This document shows positions 33,483-46,707 of a DNA stretch of 64,000 nt, one piece after another. The position numbers and the translations under genes were made by a program. The DNA comes from Eledone cirrhosa (lineage: Eukaryota). The DNA lies in assembly GCA_964016885.1 (NCBI GenBank), contig OZ024759.1, forward strand, positions 8,370,001 to 8,434,000. Direction: 5' to 3'. How positions within the stretch are numbered: the stretch's first letter is position 1; every line of letters begins with the position of its first letter. The notes under the pieces are model-generated. The model was not told where the DNA came from. It saw only the letters and a list, made by a program, of their open reading frames with translations, and made no database searches.

Positions 33483-33627
33483 GTGTTAAACAATATTCAA
33501 TGATTATGTCAAAGAATCAGTTTTACAGTAGATTGGAAGCACTCAACGGAAAAATAATTTTCTGGCGTTATTAATATTAAAATATAAGTATTAATAAAAA
33601 AGAACATCTATTTTATTAATACTTATA

Positions 33628-33695
<68 letters not shown>

Positions 33696-33740
33696 GTGCC
33701 GAAACATAAGTCAATTGCATGAACTCATAATCCTTTATTT

Positions 33741-33796
33741 ACTGTTATATATATTTCGATGATAGCCATTGAATGGCTATGATCTCATCAGGCAGT
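33741..33796 (-). ncRNA. Type I hammerhead in element 33695-33860 (sister at 41920-42085)
   Basis: Minus strand: ACTGC CTGATGA gatcatagcca-ttcaa-tggctatcatc GAAA tatata TA ACAGT. Confidence 0.82.
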
Positions 33797-33856
33797 TAGT
33801 CAGTTCTTAGATATGCCAGCTCTGTGTGTATAGTTTTGATGGTATCAGAGCCTTGG

Positions 33857-33906
<50 letters not shown>

Positions 33907-34102
33907 CGGGCTGTTTGTTTACAAACAAACCAAACATTATAATAAATGTTCGGTGGACCCATACGTACATATATATAGGTGTGCATGTATGTATATATAT
34001 ACATACTACTGTGCGTCTGTGTGCGTGTATGTATGTGCGTATACATACTTACATTTAAGTATCAGCCGTACTAAGAGTGAGAAATGAAATTTCGTTTCAT
34101 TC

Positions 34103-34166
<64 letters not shown>

Positions 34167-34230
34167 TATATAGTAATAATAATAAATGTGAAGACTAAAA
34201 TCCAAAGAGGGCTCGATTTTAATAAATATA

Positions 34231-34576
<346 letters not shown>

Positions 34577-34609
34577 CATATATACACGCACGCACACATA
34601 CACACACAC

Positions 34610-34762
34610 GCATGCGGTCCTTTGCAAGCATACCTGCGGCCCGCACAAAGGTTTTTACAGCACGAGCGTAATATAAAATTAAAAATATTAGTTGTCGTGT
34701 GCCGCCCTCAGACAACACGTGACCGATGTGGCCCTTGGAGGACCCTCAGTTTGACATACCTG
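34610..34762. mobile_element. Right end of a hAT-type MITE
   Basis: GCGGCCCGC subterminal motifs, terminus AGTTTGACATACCTG, then ATGTAGAC; left end not found. Confidence 0.55.
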
Positions 34763-34926
34763 ATGTAGACCATTGTATTTGCGGGGGAGGGGGGGTCAAT
34801 TCTATTGTCTAAGCATAATTTTAACCGTAGTATTAAACCTAACAAATATCACTCGGGAATATAGTGTTAATCACAATATTTACCACTTCTACCCTATTTC
34901 TTGATATACACGGGTATATATATATA

Positions 34927-34961
<35 letters not shown>

Positions 34962-35087
34962 GCCAACATAAGAGCAAGAATGAAGTGTTCATTCTACTGA
35001 CATGTCTATAAAATTGAGGCTTGTTTGCGTAATTGCAAACGAATCGAATGTTATTAATATTCGATAAACTCAGATTACATTTATTAT

Positions 35088-35147
<60 letters not shown>

Positions 35148-35295
35148 GTGAAAAATGGAACGGGAACAAAACAGAGAGGCAGTACAAACAAAGGTTTATT
35201 AGTTTCACGCTCTTGAGAGTGGGGGGGGATCTCTTTCTTAGAGCTATTTTATTGTAAGAGACTATTTTTTGAGTTCCTAACTCAATATATACCTT

Positions 35296-35335
<40 letters not shown>

Positions 35336-35467
35336 TGCAAAAGTTCTATTTAAATTGTTGGGATACAACAAGCAAATATTTTTATAACTGGTATAAAGCA
35401 CTCAACAAGTATTTGGAGTAAACATACGGTATTAACAAATGGAAACTATATTTATAAAACCATATTT

Positions 35468-35531
35468 ATTTTATTATACATATTTCAAGGACACCACGTT
35501 AAATTATGGTGTGCTTTCATCAGACAAAATA
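35468..35531 (-). ncRNA. Type I hammerhead in element 35338-35607
   Basis: Minus strand: TATTTTGT CTGATGA aagcacacc...ggtgtcctt GAAA tatgta TA ATAAAATA; AAGCACTC at 35396. Confidence 0.83.
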
Positions 35532-35605
35532 CAATATAGATCAGTTTTATAAATAAATATTGACATACCCTTAAAAAATGCAACCATTACTGTTGGAAGC
35601 TCCCG

Positions 35606-35643
<38 letters not shown>

Positions 35644-35767
35644 TGTATGTATATGTGTGTGTATATATATATGTGTACTTACCTTGCTCTTTACTAATAT
35701 TCTTTATCTCTCACTGTGTGTTAATTCATCTGACGGAGGAAGATATTTACTAGTTATTGCTCTAAGC

Positions 35768-36230
35768 CAGGGCTTCTCAAACTATCTGATGTGGCGGACC
35801 GCCATTTTTTTTTTCAATGTGCCACGTACCGCTAATATTTCGTAGTAATATTAATTTATACCGGAAATGATATATATAATGAATAAATTAATAGTTGACC
35901 AATTTTTTTATCTTCTATTTATTTTGTAAACAATAATTGTTTCTACTTTTGGCACAAGGCCAGCAATTGCTCAGTGTATTACTGGTACTTTATTTTATTG
36001 ACCCCGTAAGGATGAAAGGCAAAGTTAACCTCGGCGGGATTTGAACTCATTTGTAAACAAATTTGAACTTATTTGTAAACAAATAATACAATATCAAAAC
36101 ATATAAAAAAAGTAATAAAAAAAATTTCATCAAATGATTCCTTAACATGGCCTGGACACTGGCCGCGTACCGGTAGCTGATGGCTAGCGTACCGGCACCG
36201 GTCCGCGGACCACCACTTTGAGTAGCACTG
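35768..36230. mobile_element. hAT (Charlie-like) MITE with an internal SINE insertion (~35935-36049)
   Basis: TIRs CAGGGCTTCTCAAACT / ACTTTGAGTAGCACTG; 8-bp flanks CTCTAAGC / CTCTAAAT (6 of 8 identical). Confidence 0.8.
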
Positions 36231-36276
36231 CTCTAAATTATCCTATTCTATACCTTAGCTTATATTCTTTAATTTA

Positions 36277-36895
36277 ATTGTTTCTACTTTAGGCACAAGG
36301 CCAGCAATTATCCAGTACATTACTGGTACTTTATTTTATCGACCCCGTGAGGATGAAAGGCAAAGTTAACCTCGGTGGGATTTGAATTCAGACCATAAAG
36401 GGCCGTAGCTCTTTGCTGCAAAGCATGGCGTCCGACCCTCTATCGATATTGCCAATCCACCGCTTCGGAGTTAAGAATAATTGTTTCAACTTTTGGCACA
36501 AGGCCAGCAATTAACCAGTACATTACTGGTACTTTATTTTATCGACCCCGTAAGGATGAAAGGCAAAGTTAACCTCAGCGGGATTTGAACTCAAACCGTA
36601 AAGGGACGTAACTATGCTAGAAAGCATAGTTACATAATTTAATTGTTTCTACTTTAGGCACAAGGCCAGCAATTACCCAGTGTATTACTGGTACTTTATT
36701 TTATCGACCCCGTAAGGATGAAAGGCAAAGTTAACCTCGGCGGGATTTTAAACTCAGACCATAAAGGGACGTAACTATGCTAGAAAGCATAGTTACATAA
36801 TTTAATTGTTTCTACTTTAGGCACAAGGCCAGCAATTACCCAGTACATTACTGGTACTTTATTTTATCGACCCCGTAAGCATAGTTACATAATTT
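36277..36895 (-). mobile_element. Head-to-tail cluster of four SINE copies or fragments
   Basis: AATTGTTTCTACTTTAGGCACAAGG...GACCCCGTAAGGATGAAAGGC recurs at ~36277, 36478, 36641 and 36804. Confidence 0.9.
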
Positions 36896-37270
36896 AATGC
36901 AATCAAAACTTTTAATTTCGGTAATTCAGTGATTAGCAATTTTAACTTCCATTGTGACAGCATAATATCTGGAGCTAGAATTTAGTCTTGGTTGTGTGGG
37001 TAATATAGGAACCATTATAAGTCCTGAGTTCAAATCCCGCCGATGTTAACTTTGCCATATATGTATAAGTGAAAGTGTGAAGAATAACATGGTCAACAGT
37101 ACAAAGCAAAATTGAACGGTCAATTTTCTGTAGGCATAAAGCAGCTACTAAATTCGATAATTTCAAACCAACTTGATTTGACCCAACAATTCCATAATTC
37201 AAATTGTATCACCTGAGTCTATTATAATAACCCATTATTATTATTATTAACTGTCAATTAACTGTCAATA

Positions 37271-38000
37271 GGGCGGTGGATTGGCAGTATCGGTAGAGGG
37301 TCGGACGCCATGTTAGGGCGGTGGATTGGCAGTATCGGTAGAGGGTCGGACGTCATGTTAGGGCGGTGGATTGGCAGTATCGGTAGAGGGTCGGACACCA
37401 TGTTAGGGTGGTGGATTGGCAGTATCGGTAGAGGGTCGGACGCCATGGTAGGGCGGTGGATTGGCAGTATCGGTAGAGGGTCGGATGTCATGCTAGGGTG
37501 GTGGATTGGCAGTATCAGTAGAGGGTCGGACGCCATGTTAGGGCGGTAGATTGGCAGTATCGGTAGAGGGTCGGACGCCATGGTAGGGCGGTGGATTGGC
37601 AGTATCGGTAGAGGGTCGGACGCCATGGTAGGGCGGTGGAGTGGCAGTATCGGTAGAGGGTCGGACGCCATGTTAGGGCGGTGGATTGGCAGTATCGGTA
37701 GAGGGTCGGACGCCATGTTAGGGCGGTGGATTGGCAGTATCGGTAGAGGGTCGGACGCCATGGTAGGGCGGTGGAGTGGCAGTATCGGTAGAGGGTCGGA
37801 CGCCATGGTAGGGCGGTGGATTGGCAGTATCGGTAGAGGGTCGGACGCCATGCTTTCCAGCATAGTTACGTCCCTTTACGATCTGAGTTCAAATTCCGCT
37901 GAGGTTTACTTTGCCTTTCATCCTTACGGGGTCGATAAAATAAAATACCAGTAATGTACTGGGATAATTGCTGGCCTTGTGCCTAAAGTAGAAATAATTA
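37271..38000 (+). mobile_element. SINE whose 45-bp head is tandemly amplified ~13 times (37271-37852)
   Basis: (GGGCGGTGGATTGGCAGTATCGGTAGAGGGTCGGACGCCATGTTA)n runs directly into a complete SINE body. Confidence 0.93.
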
Positions 38001-38053
38001 TTATTAAGAATATGCGAGGGGCAAATGCAGTGTGTGCGTGCGTGTGTGTGTGC

Positions 38054-38120
<67 letters not shown>

Positions 38121-38789
38121 TGTGTGTGTATGTGTGCGCGCGCATGGGTACGTATGTGCGCGCGCGCGTGTTTGTGAGTGTGTGACTGTGTGTGTGTGTG
38201 AGTGTGCGTGCGTGTGTGTGTGTGTGTGTGTGAGTGTGTGTGTGTTTGTGAGTGTGCATGCGGGCGTGTGTTTGTGAGTGTGTGAGTGTGTATGCGTGTG
38301 TGTGTGAGTGTGTCTGTGGGTGTGCGTGTGTGTGTGTGAATGTGTGTGTGTGCGTGTGTGTGTGTGTGTGTGAGATAGATAGATAGATAGTCTCTGTTTT
38401 TCTCTATACAAATAATTGCGGGGTCGGGGAGAAATAAGCAAATAAAAGAAATAAAAATAATATACCGTAATCGGAGAGAGAGGGGGGGGGGGGGCAAAAG
38501 TAAAAAAGAAAGCGAGAAGGAAGAGTGTATGGAATGAGGTTGTGTGGGGTGGTGAAGGTTAGGGTGGGGTATATTGATTAGTATTACTGTATAGCCACTG
38601 TACAGGTGGCACGTCTAGATAAATTATTGATAGAAACCAATATATTCGTTGATCGATCTCTGCAAATAGTAATAATTGGGATTCTATAAAAAGACTAGTT
38701 TACAGCGGAGATTGGTGGGGCTGGGCAGGTGGGTGGAAATTCAGGTAGGTTGGTAGGTAAATTGTATGGTTGGCTGGTGAATTGCTTGA

Positions 38790-38842
<53 letters not shown>

Positions 38843-38965
38843 TTTTGTGTGTGTGTGTATGTGTGTGTGTTGAAGTTTCCGTGAAAGAAGTCAGAGGAAT
38901 GAAGAGTGCTCTATGTAAGTTACAGAGCTAAATATTTAATGTATAATAAACAATACAATATAATT

Positions 38966-39034
38966 ACCTCATAACCAAAGGTTTCCCGAATAAGACGGAT
39001 ACAAGAAACGTCCGCATTCGTTCGTCAGACAAGG
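38966..39034 (-). ncRNA. Type I hammerhead in element 38872-39059 (sisters 39836-39940 with mutated GAAA, and 43907-44082)
   Basis: Minus strand: CCTTGT CTGACGA acgaatgcggac...atccgtcttattcgg GAAAC cttt GGTT ATGAGG. Confidence 0.75.
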
Positions 39035-39057
39035 CAATTTAAATGAACCTTTTTGTC

Positions 39058-39101
<44 letters not shown>

Positions 39102-39104
<3 letters not shown>

Positions 39105-39467
39105 AAAGTTCTATTTAAATTGTTGGGATACAACAAGCAAATATTTTTATAACTGATATAAAGCACTCAACAAATAATTGGAATAAAAATACGATATTAA
39201 CAAATGGAAACTATATTTATAAAACCATATTTATTTCATTATACATATTTCAAGGACACCAAGTTAAATTATGGCGTGCTTTCATCAGATAAAATATAAT
39301 ATCGAGCAGTTTTATAAATAGAGGTATGTCAATATTTATTTATAAAACTGCTCTATATTATATTTTATCTGATGAAAGCACACCATAATTTAACTTGGTG
39401 TCCTTGAAATATGTATAATGAAATAAATATGGTTTTATAAATATATTTTCCATTTGTTAATATCGTA

Positions 39468-39468
<1 letters not shown>
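39102..39468 (-). mobile_element. Fold-back element with mirrored hammerheads (minus core 39282-39288; plus core 39369-39375)
   Basis: Arms 39190-39468; TATTTTAT CTGATGA aagcacacca...tggtgtcctt GAAA tatgta TA ATGAAATA; AAGCACTC at 39161. Confidence 0.88.
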
Positions 39469-39514
<46 letters not shown>

Positions 39515-39935
39515 GTTTCTACTTTAGGCACAAGGCCAGCAATTACCCAGTACATTACTGGTACTTTATAATGAAGGAATTGTGGTAAGGAACCAGATGG
39601 ACCATAACGCACCAGAGTACTCAATACGCATTTTTTCACTATACACATGCAATTGTACATACACACACATGTACATATGTATGCGCATATACACATTTAC
39701 ACACACATCCACTTACTATATTTCTTTATTTTTATTTTTATTTTTATACATTTCTTGTATTTCTTTTATTTATTTTTTGCCCGTTAAAACTTTTTAGCCT
39801 TTCTTGAAGAAATTTTTCAAATATCTCACTGTTTAAATTGCCTTGTCTGACGAACGAATGCGGACGCTTCTTGCATCCGTCTTATTCGGCAAACTCTGGT
39901 AAAGAGGTAATTATATTGTATTGTTTATATTACAT

Positions 39936-39997
<62 letters not shown>

Positions 39998-40188
39998 TTT
40001 ATGTTTGTTGGTTCACCACTGGATAGAAGTGGTCATTCCGTATGGTCAACCTCGATGTAATATTAGGGAGAGCACTCAACGTAATGTAACTCACCCGTCT
40101 TCGTTTGTGTAGTTGGTGGTGCGAGTACGGGGTTAATTATTATAAAATAACAGGAGGCTGGACTGGTGTAATTCCTTAAAGGTTTATT

Positions 40189-40246
40189 ATACTATGAACA
40201 TTTCAATGACCGGGTTCAGTATGAATCCGGTGACATCATCAGGTAT
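40189..40246 (-). ncRNA. Type I hammerhead in single-copy island ~40000-40345
   Basis: Minus strand: ATAC CTGATGA tgtcaccggattca-tac-tgaacccggtcatt GAAA tgttca TA GTAT; GAGCACTC at 40070. Confidence 0.8.
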
Positions 40247-40529
40247 TCAAAATTTAATAAAGGAATATAACCCATGGAGCTGAAAAGGCAGAGAGACAAG
40301 AAGGTGGCCACACATTTAGCAGTTTCTAGTTTGGTCAGCCGCCTTCATATTATTTTATACATATATATATATAGTTATGTAATAAACAACATAAGGCAAT
40401 TATTTCATTTACCAGTGGTTTCTTAAAAGCAAACATTACATAACTATTAAGCTCTGTTACCTACATAGAGCACTCTTTTTTCCTGGATTTTTCCGACGGA
40501 ATTACTTCACATATATATATATATATATT

Positions 40530-40890
40530 TAAAGGTTAAACAAGGTTCAATGAATAAATCAATTAATAAAGTGTTACAATAGATTAGAAGCACTCCACAA
40601 TATTGGTTTTCCGGAGTTATTAATATTAATTCAAAATATTAAGAAATATAGACATTCGTGTGATCAAGTATATTTTATTATACATATTTCAGAGGTACTG
40701 AGCTATTTACAACAGTAATGATGCCATGACTGAATTTTAACCATCAACATAGTCAAGGTATGTTAGGCATCATCTTATTTTATCTGATGAGGACGTACTG
40801 TTGTAAATAGCTCAGTACCTCTGAAATATGTATAATAAAATATACTTGATCACACGAATGTCTATATTTCTTAATATTTTGAATTAATAT
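40530..40890. mobile_element. Fold-back element; complete hammerhead on plus strand 40776-40842
   Basis: Arms 40622-40717 and 40797-40890; TATTTTAT CTGATGA ggacgtactg...cagtacctct GAAA tatgta TA ATAAAATA; AAGCACTC at 40588. Confidence 0.86.
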
Positions 40891-40911
40891 ATATATATAT
40901 ATATATATATG

Positions 40912-41408
40912 TAGATAAATCTACCAAGAGTTTACGGTAGTGTCCAATCCGTATGAAGAACTCAATGTATTCCGGATATCATGGAAAGAAGAGATGTAAT
41001 GAAAAACCACTTTCGGTGAAAGATAAATGGTATACAGAGTCAAGATAAAATATTGAATAAACAATTCCTTATATTAAACAAAAAAAGTTCATTATTTAAC
41101 GATCGTTTCTAGGGTATATATGTGTTATAATTGGTATGCATATTCAACAGATCTATGTACAAAATTATACAAAATTATACAAATTATCAAGATTAAATAT
41201 ACATACCTAACACATATATACGCCGTCTTCAGAAGACGGCGTATATATGTGTTAGGTATGTATATTTAATCTTGATAATTTGTATAATTTTGTATAATTT
41301 TGTACATAGATCTGTTGAATATGCATACCAATTATAACACATATATACCCTAGAAACGATCGTTAAATAATGAACTTTTTTTGTTTAATATAAGGAATTG
41401 TTTATTCA

Positions 41409-41417
<9 letters not shown>
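40912..41417 (-). mobile_element. Fold-back element, ~185-bp near-perfect arms pivoting on the hammerhead core, with very long stem II
   Basis: Palindrome 41045-41417 centred at GTCTTC-A-GAAGAC (41231); minus strand CTGAAGA...~115 nt...GAAAC gatc GTT. Confidence 0.8.
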
Positions 41418-41456
<39 letters not shown>

Positions 41457-41458
<2 letters not shown>

Positions 41459-41852
41459 TATTAAGTTGTTAAACAATATTCGATGATTATGTCAAAGAAT
41501 GAGTTTTACAGTAGATTGGAAGCACTCAACGGTACTAAATTATTTTCAGGAGTTATTAATATAAGTATTAATAAAATAGATGTTCTTTTGATCAATTACA
41601 TTTTATTATACATATTTCTGATGTACAACAGTACGACCTCATCAGACAAAATATAATGATACATGACATACCCTGAGATGTTAAGTGGTTAAGATTTAAT
41701 GAAGGTAGTCTACCTTGATTAAATCTTAACCACTTAACATCTCAGGGTATGTCATGTATCATTATATTTTGTCTGATGAGGTCGTACTGTTGTACATCAG
41801 AAATATGTATAATAAAATGTAATTGATCAAAAGAACATCTATTTTATTAATA

Positions 41853-41856
<4 letters not shown>
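41457..41856 (-). mobile_element. Fold-back element with mirrored hammerheads (minus core 41639-41645; plus core 41773-41779); truncated sister at 33478-33635
   Basis: Arms 41560-41858; ATTTTGT CTGATGA ggtcgtac-tgtt-gtacatca GAAA tatgta TA ATAAAAT; AAGCACTC at 41521. Confidence 0.87.
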
Positions 41857-41922
<66 letters not shown>

Positions 41923-41980
41923 AAGGATCTGATACCATCAACACCATAAACACAGAGCTGGCATATCTAAGAACTAACTA

Positions 41981-42038
41981 ACTGCCTGATGAGGTCATAG
42001 CCCTTCTCAATGGCTACCATCGAAATATATATAGCAGT
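41981..42038 (+). ncRNA. Type I hammerhead ribozyme
   Basis: ACTGC CTGATGA ggtcatagcc...ggctaccatc GAAA tatata TA GCAGT; perfect 5-bp stem I. Confidence 0.86.
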
Positions 42039-42079
42039 AAATAAAGGATTATGAGTTCATGCAATTGACTTATGTTTCG

Positions 42080-42163
<84 letters not shown>

Positions 42164-42174
42164 AGAGAGAGAGC

Positions 42175-42486
42175 GAATAATGAAATACAAAGTAGTTTCA
42201 GATGTTAAAGTCCTTTATTGATAAGACTGTGATACATATTTCAATGACGTCAGTGACCACACGATTCCGCGTCCCAGTGTCATGATCTCATCAGACTGCT
42301 TATTACATAATAAGGCTACGTTCCCGAGGCAATCCAATTTGGCACTGGGACGCAGAATCACGTGACCGCTGACGTCATCGAAATATGTATCACGGCCTTA
42401 TTTCATTATTCTAAACATACTCCGCCATTACTATTGGAAAAACAACGTTGAGTGCTTCAATGGTATTACATGAATATTTACCATGA

Positions 42487-42488
<2 letters not shown>
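42175..42488. mobile_element. Diverged fold-back element; hammerhead core on minus strand (42288-42294)
   Basis: Imperfect arms 42220-42279 and 42343-42401; GAAA tatgta TC; GAGTGCTT at 42450. Confidence 0.72.
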
Positions 42489-42527
<39 letters not shown>

Positions 42528-43319
42528 TGTGTGTGTGTGTGTGTGTATGGTGTATGTATATATGTGTGTGTGGTGTATGTATATATATGTGTGTGTGGTG
42601 TGTGGTGTATGCATGTGTGTGTGTGGTGTGTAGTGTATGTATGTGTGTGTGGTGTATGTATATATATGTGTGTGTGCTGTGTGCTGTGTGTATATATGTG
42701 TGTGTGGTGTATGTATATGTGTGTGTGGTGTATGTATATATATGTGTGTGTGCTGTGTGCTGTGTGTATATATGTGTGTGTGTGTGTGTGGTGTATGTAT
42801 ATGTGTGTGTGGTGTATGTATGTATATATATGTGTGTGTGGTGTGTGGTGTGTGTGTGCTGTGTGTATGTGTGTGTGTGTGTATGGTGTATGTATATATG
42901 TGTGTGTGGTGTATGTATATATATGTGTGTGTGGTGTGTGGTGTATGTATGTGTGTGTGTGGTGTGTAGTGTATGTATGTGTGTGTGGTGTATGTATATA
43001 TATGTGTGTGTGCTGGTGTATATGTGTGTGTGTGTGTGTGGTGTATGTATATATGTGTGTGTGGTGTATGTATGTATATATATGTGTGTGTGGTGTGTGG
43101 TGTATGTATGTGTGTGTGTGGTGTGTAGTGTATGTATGTATGTGTGTGTGGTGTATGTATATATATGTGTGTGTGGTGTGTGTGTGCTGTGTGTATGTGT
43201 GTGGTGTGTGTATGTATATATATATATGTGTATGTATGTGTATGTATGTGTGTGTGTGTATGTATATATATGTGTTGTTTATTATCTAATTAAATAATAT
43301 ATATATATATATATATAGA

Positions 43320-43629
43320 AGAAACAACTAACTAGTAACATATAAATAAACAAATAAATAAACAAATAAAAACACACACAGATACCCGGATGTAGCACCT
43401 GCGCAAACTAAGCACACAACACACAGAAAAACAAGATGGCGTAGGACAGAACTAAGGAGAGGCACAAAACAAAGAAAAGAATCCCAGGTCACTGAAGATG
43501 TCAGAGAATGTGTGACGAAAGAACTTTGACAATATATGAACAACCAACCAACCGGAAATTTATAATAAATTGAAGTGAAAGCAACTGGTGCGTGTGTTTC
43601 TTATTGGCAACATGACCCTCCCAAAATAT

Positions 43630-43635
<6 letters not shown>
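43320..43635 (+). mobile_element. TGACCCTCCC-terminus element with hammerhead at 43488-43530 and upstream ACAAGATGGCG
   Basis: GTCA CTGAAGA t GTCA-gagaatgtg-TGAC GAAA gaac TT TGAC. Confidence 0.75.
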
Positions 43636-43698
<63 letters not shown>

Positions 43699-43873
43699 AT
43701 ACAATAACAGAGATAGTTTAAAGCTAAACTCTGACTGGTAACCATCTCACTCAACAAACATTAGGTTATATTAAAATATAAACCCAATTTAAGTGTTTGG
43801 GGTGCTAACAATATGTATAATGTGGAAAAACCCGTTGTATTATTTTATGAGATATAATTAAAGTTAAAGTATA

Positions 43874-43911
<38 letters not shown>

Positions 43912-43913
43912 TG

Positions 43914-43980
43914 CCTTGTCTGACGAACGAATGCGGACGTTTCTTGTATCCGTCTTATTCGGGAAACCTCTGGTAATGAG
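43914..43980 (+). ncRNA. Type I hammerhead ribozyme
   Basis: CCTTGT CTGACGA acgaatgcggac...atccgtcttattcgg GAAACC tct GGTA ATGAG; GAGCACTC at 44037. Confidence 0.8.
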
Positions 43981-44080
43981 TTAATTATATTGTATTGTTT
44001 ATTATACATTAAATATTTAGCTCTGTAACTTACATAGAGCACTCTTCATTCCTCTCGCTTCTTCAACGGAAACTTCAAGA

Positions 44081-44135
<55 letters not shown>

Positions 44136-44271
44136 TTTTATATATACTTTTATATATATATACTTTTGATTATTTATGCCCTTGAGAAGCTCAACTGGGC
44201 GAAACGTACGTAGGTGCTGTTTTAAATAAACATGTTTTAACGGTCTATTCTCCGATTTTTTACTTTCCCAC

Positions 44272-44307
<36 letters not shown>

Positions 44308-44324
44308 TAAATAACAAATTAATA

Positions 44325-44384
<60 letters not shown>

Positions 44385-44549
44385 AATAATGGAGCTGCGG
44401 CGCTGCAAATGGGTTACATATGAAAAAGTTTGTCCTCATCAGTGGCCATCCAACCGTCGTAGGCATTTCGTCGCATTAAAGGCCATATACCTCAGGTTGG
44501 TGCGTTCAACGGCTAAAAAAAAGTCGTTGGGATATATATATATATATTT

Positions 44550-45012
44550 ATGTAAAGTTATATTTAAAATTGTTGGGTTACAACTAGTAAATATTTATAA
44601 CTGATATAAAAGCACTCGACAAATATTTGGAGTATATTTACAATATTAAATAAATGGAAAACTATATTTATAAAACCATATCTATTTCATTATATATATT
44701 TCGGGGATATCATATTAACAATATGCTATGCCTTCATCAGACAAAATACAATATAAACAGTTTTATAGATAAATATATTCGACATACCGTAATAAACATC
44801 AACTTCATTTGAAGAGGTTTACTGCTAGAGTAAACCTCTTCAAATGAAGTTGATGTTTATTACGGTATGTCGAATATATTTATCTATAAAACTGTTTATA
44901 TTGTATTTTGTCTGATGAAGGCATAGCATATTGTTAATATGATATCCCCGAAATATATATAATGAAATAGATATGGTTTTATAAATATAGTTTTCCATTT
45001 ATTTAATATTGT
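44550..45012 (-). mobile_element. Fold-back element, ~185-bp arms, mirrored hammerheads (minus core 44734-44740; plus core 44912-44918)
   Basis: Palindrome 44639-45013 with a 5-nt loop at ~44826; AAGCACTC at 44610. Confidence 0.88.
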
Positions 45013-45019
45013 ATATATA

Positions 45020-46190
<1,171 letters not shown>

Positions 46191-46261
46191 TACCTCTGGT
46201 CAACACAGAGTATGTAGATATCTACGTACTCTGATGTGTTGACCATTTACACCTTTATACT

Positions 46262-46531
46262 ATCTCTCTCTCGCAATACCTCCTCTCTTTCTCACTACCT
46301 CCTCTCTCTTCATCACTCCATCTCTCTCTCTCTCACTCTCTCTCTACCTCTCTAACACCGTCTCTCTCTCTCACTTTCTCTTTCTCTCTCTCTCTACCTC
46401 TCTAACACTCTCTCTCTCTCTTTCTCTCTCTCTCTACCTCTCTAACACACTCTCTCTCGCTCTTTCTCTCTCTCTCTACCTCTCAAACACACTCTCTCTC
46501 GCTTTCTCTCTCTCTCTCCCTCTCTAACACC

Positions 46532-46566
<35 letters not shown>

Positions 46567-46665
46567 TCTAGCATCGTCTCTCTCTCTCTCTCTATCTCTA
46601 TCTCTATCTAACTACCTCTCTAACACCGTCTCTCTCTCTCTCTATCTATCTACCTCTCTAACACC

Positions 46666-46707
<42 letters not shown>

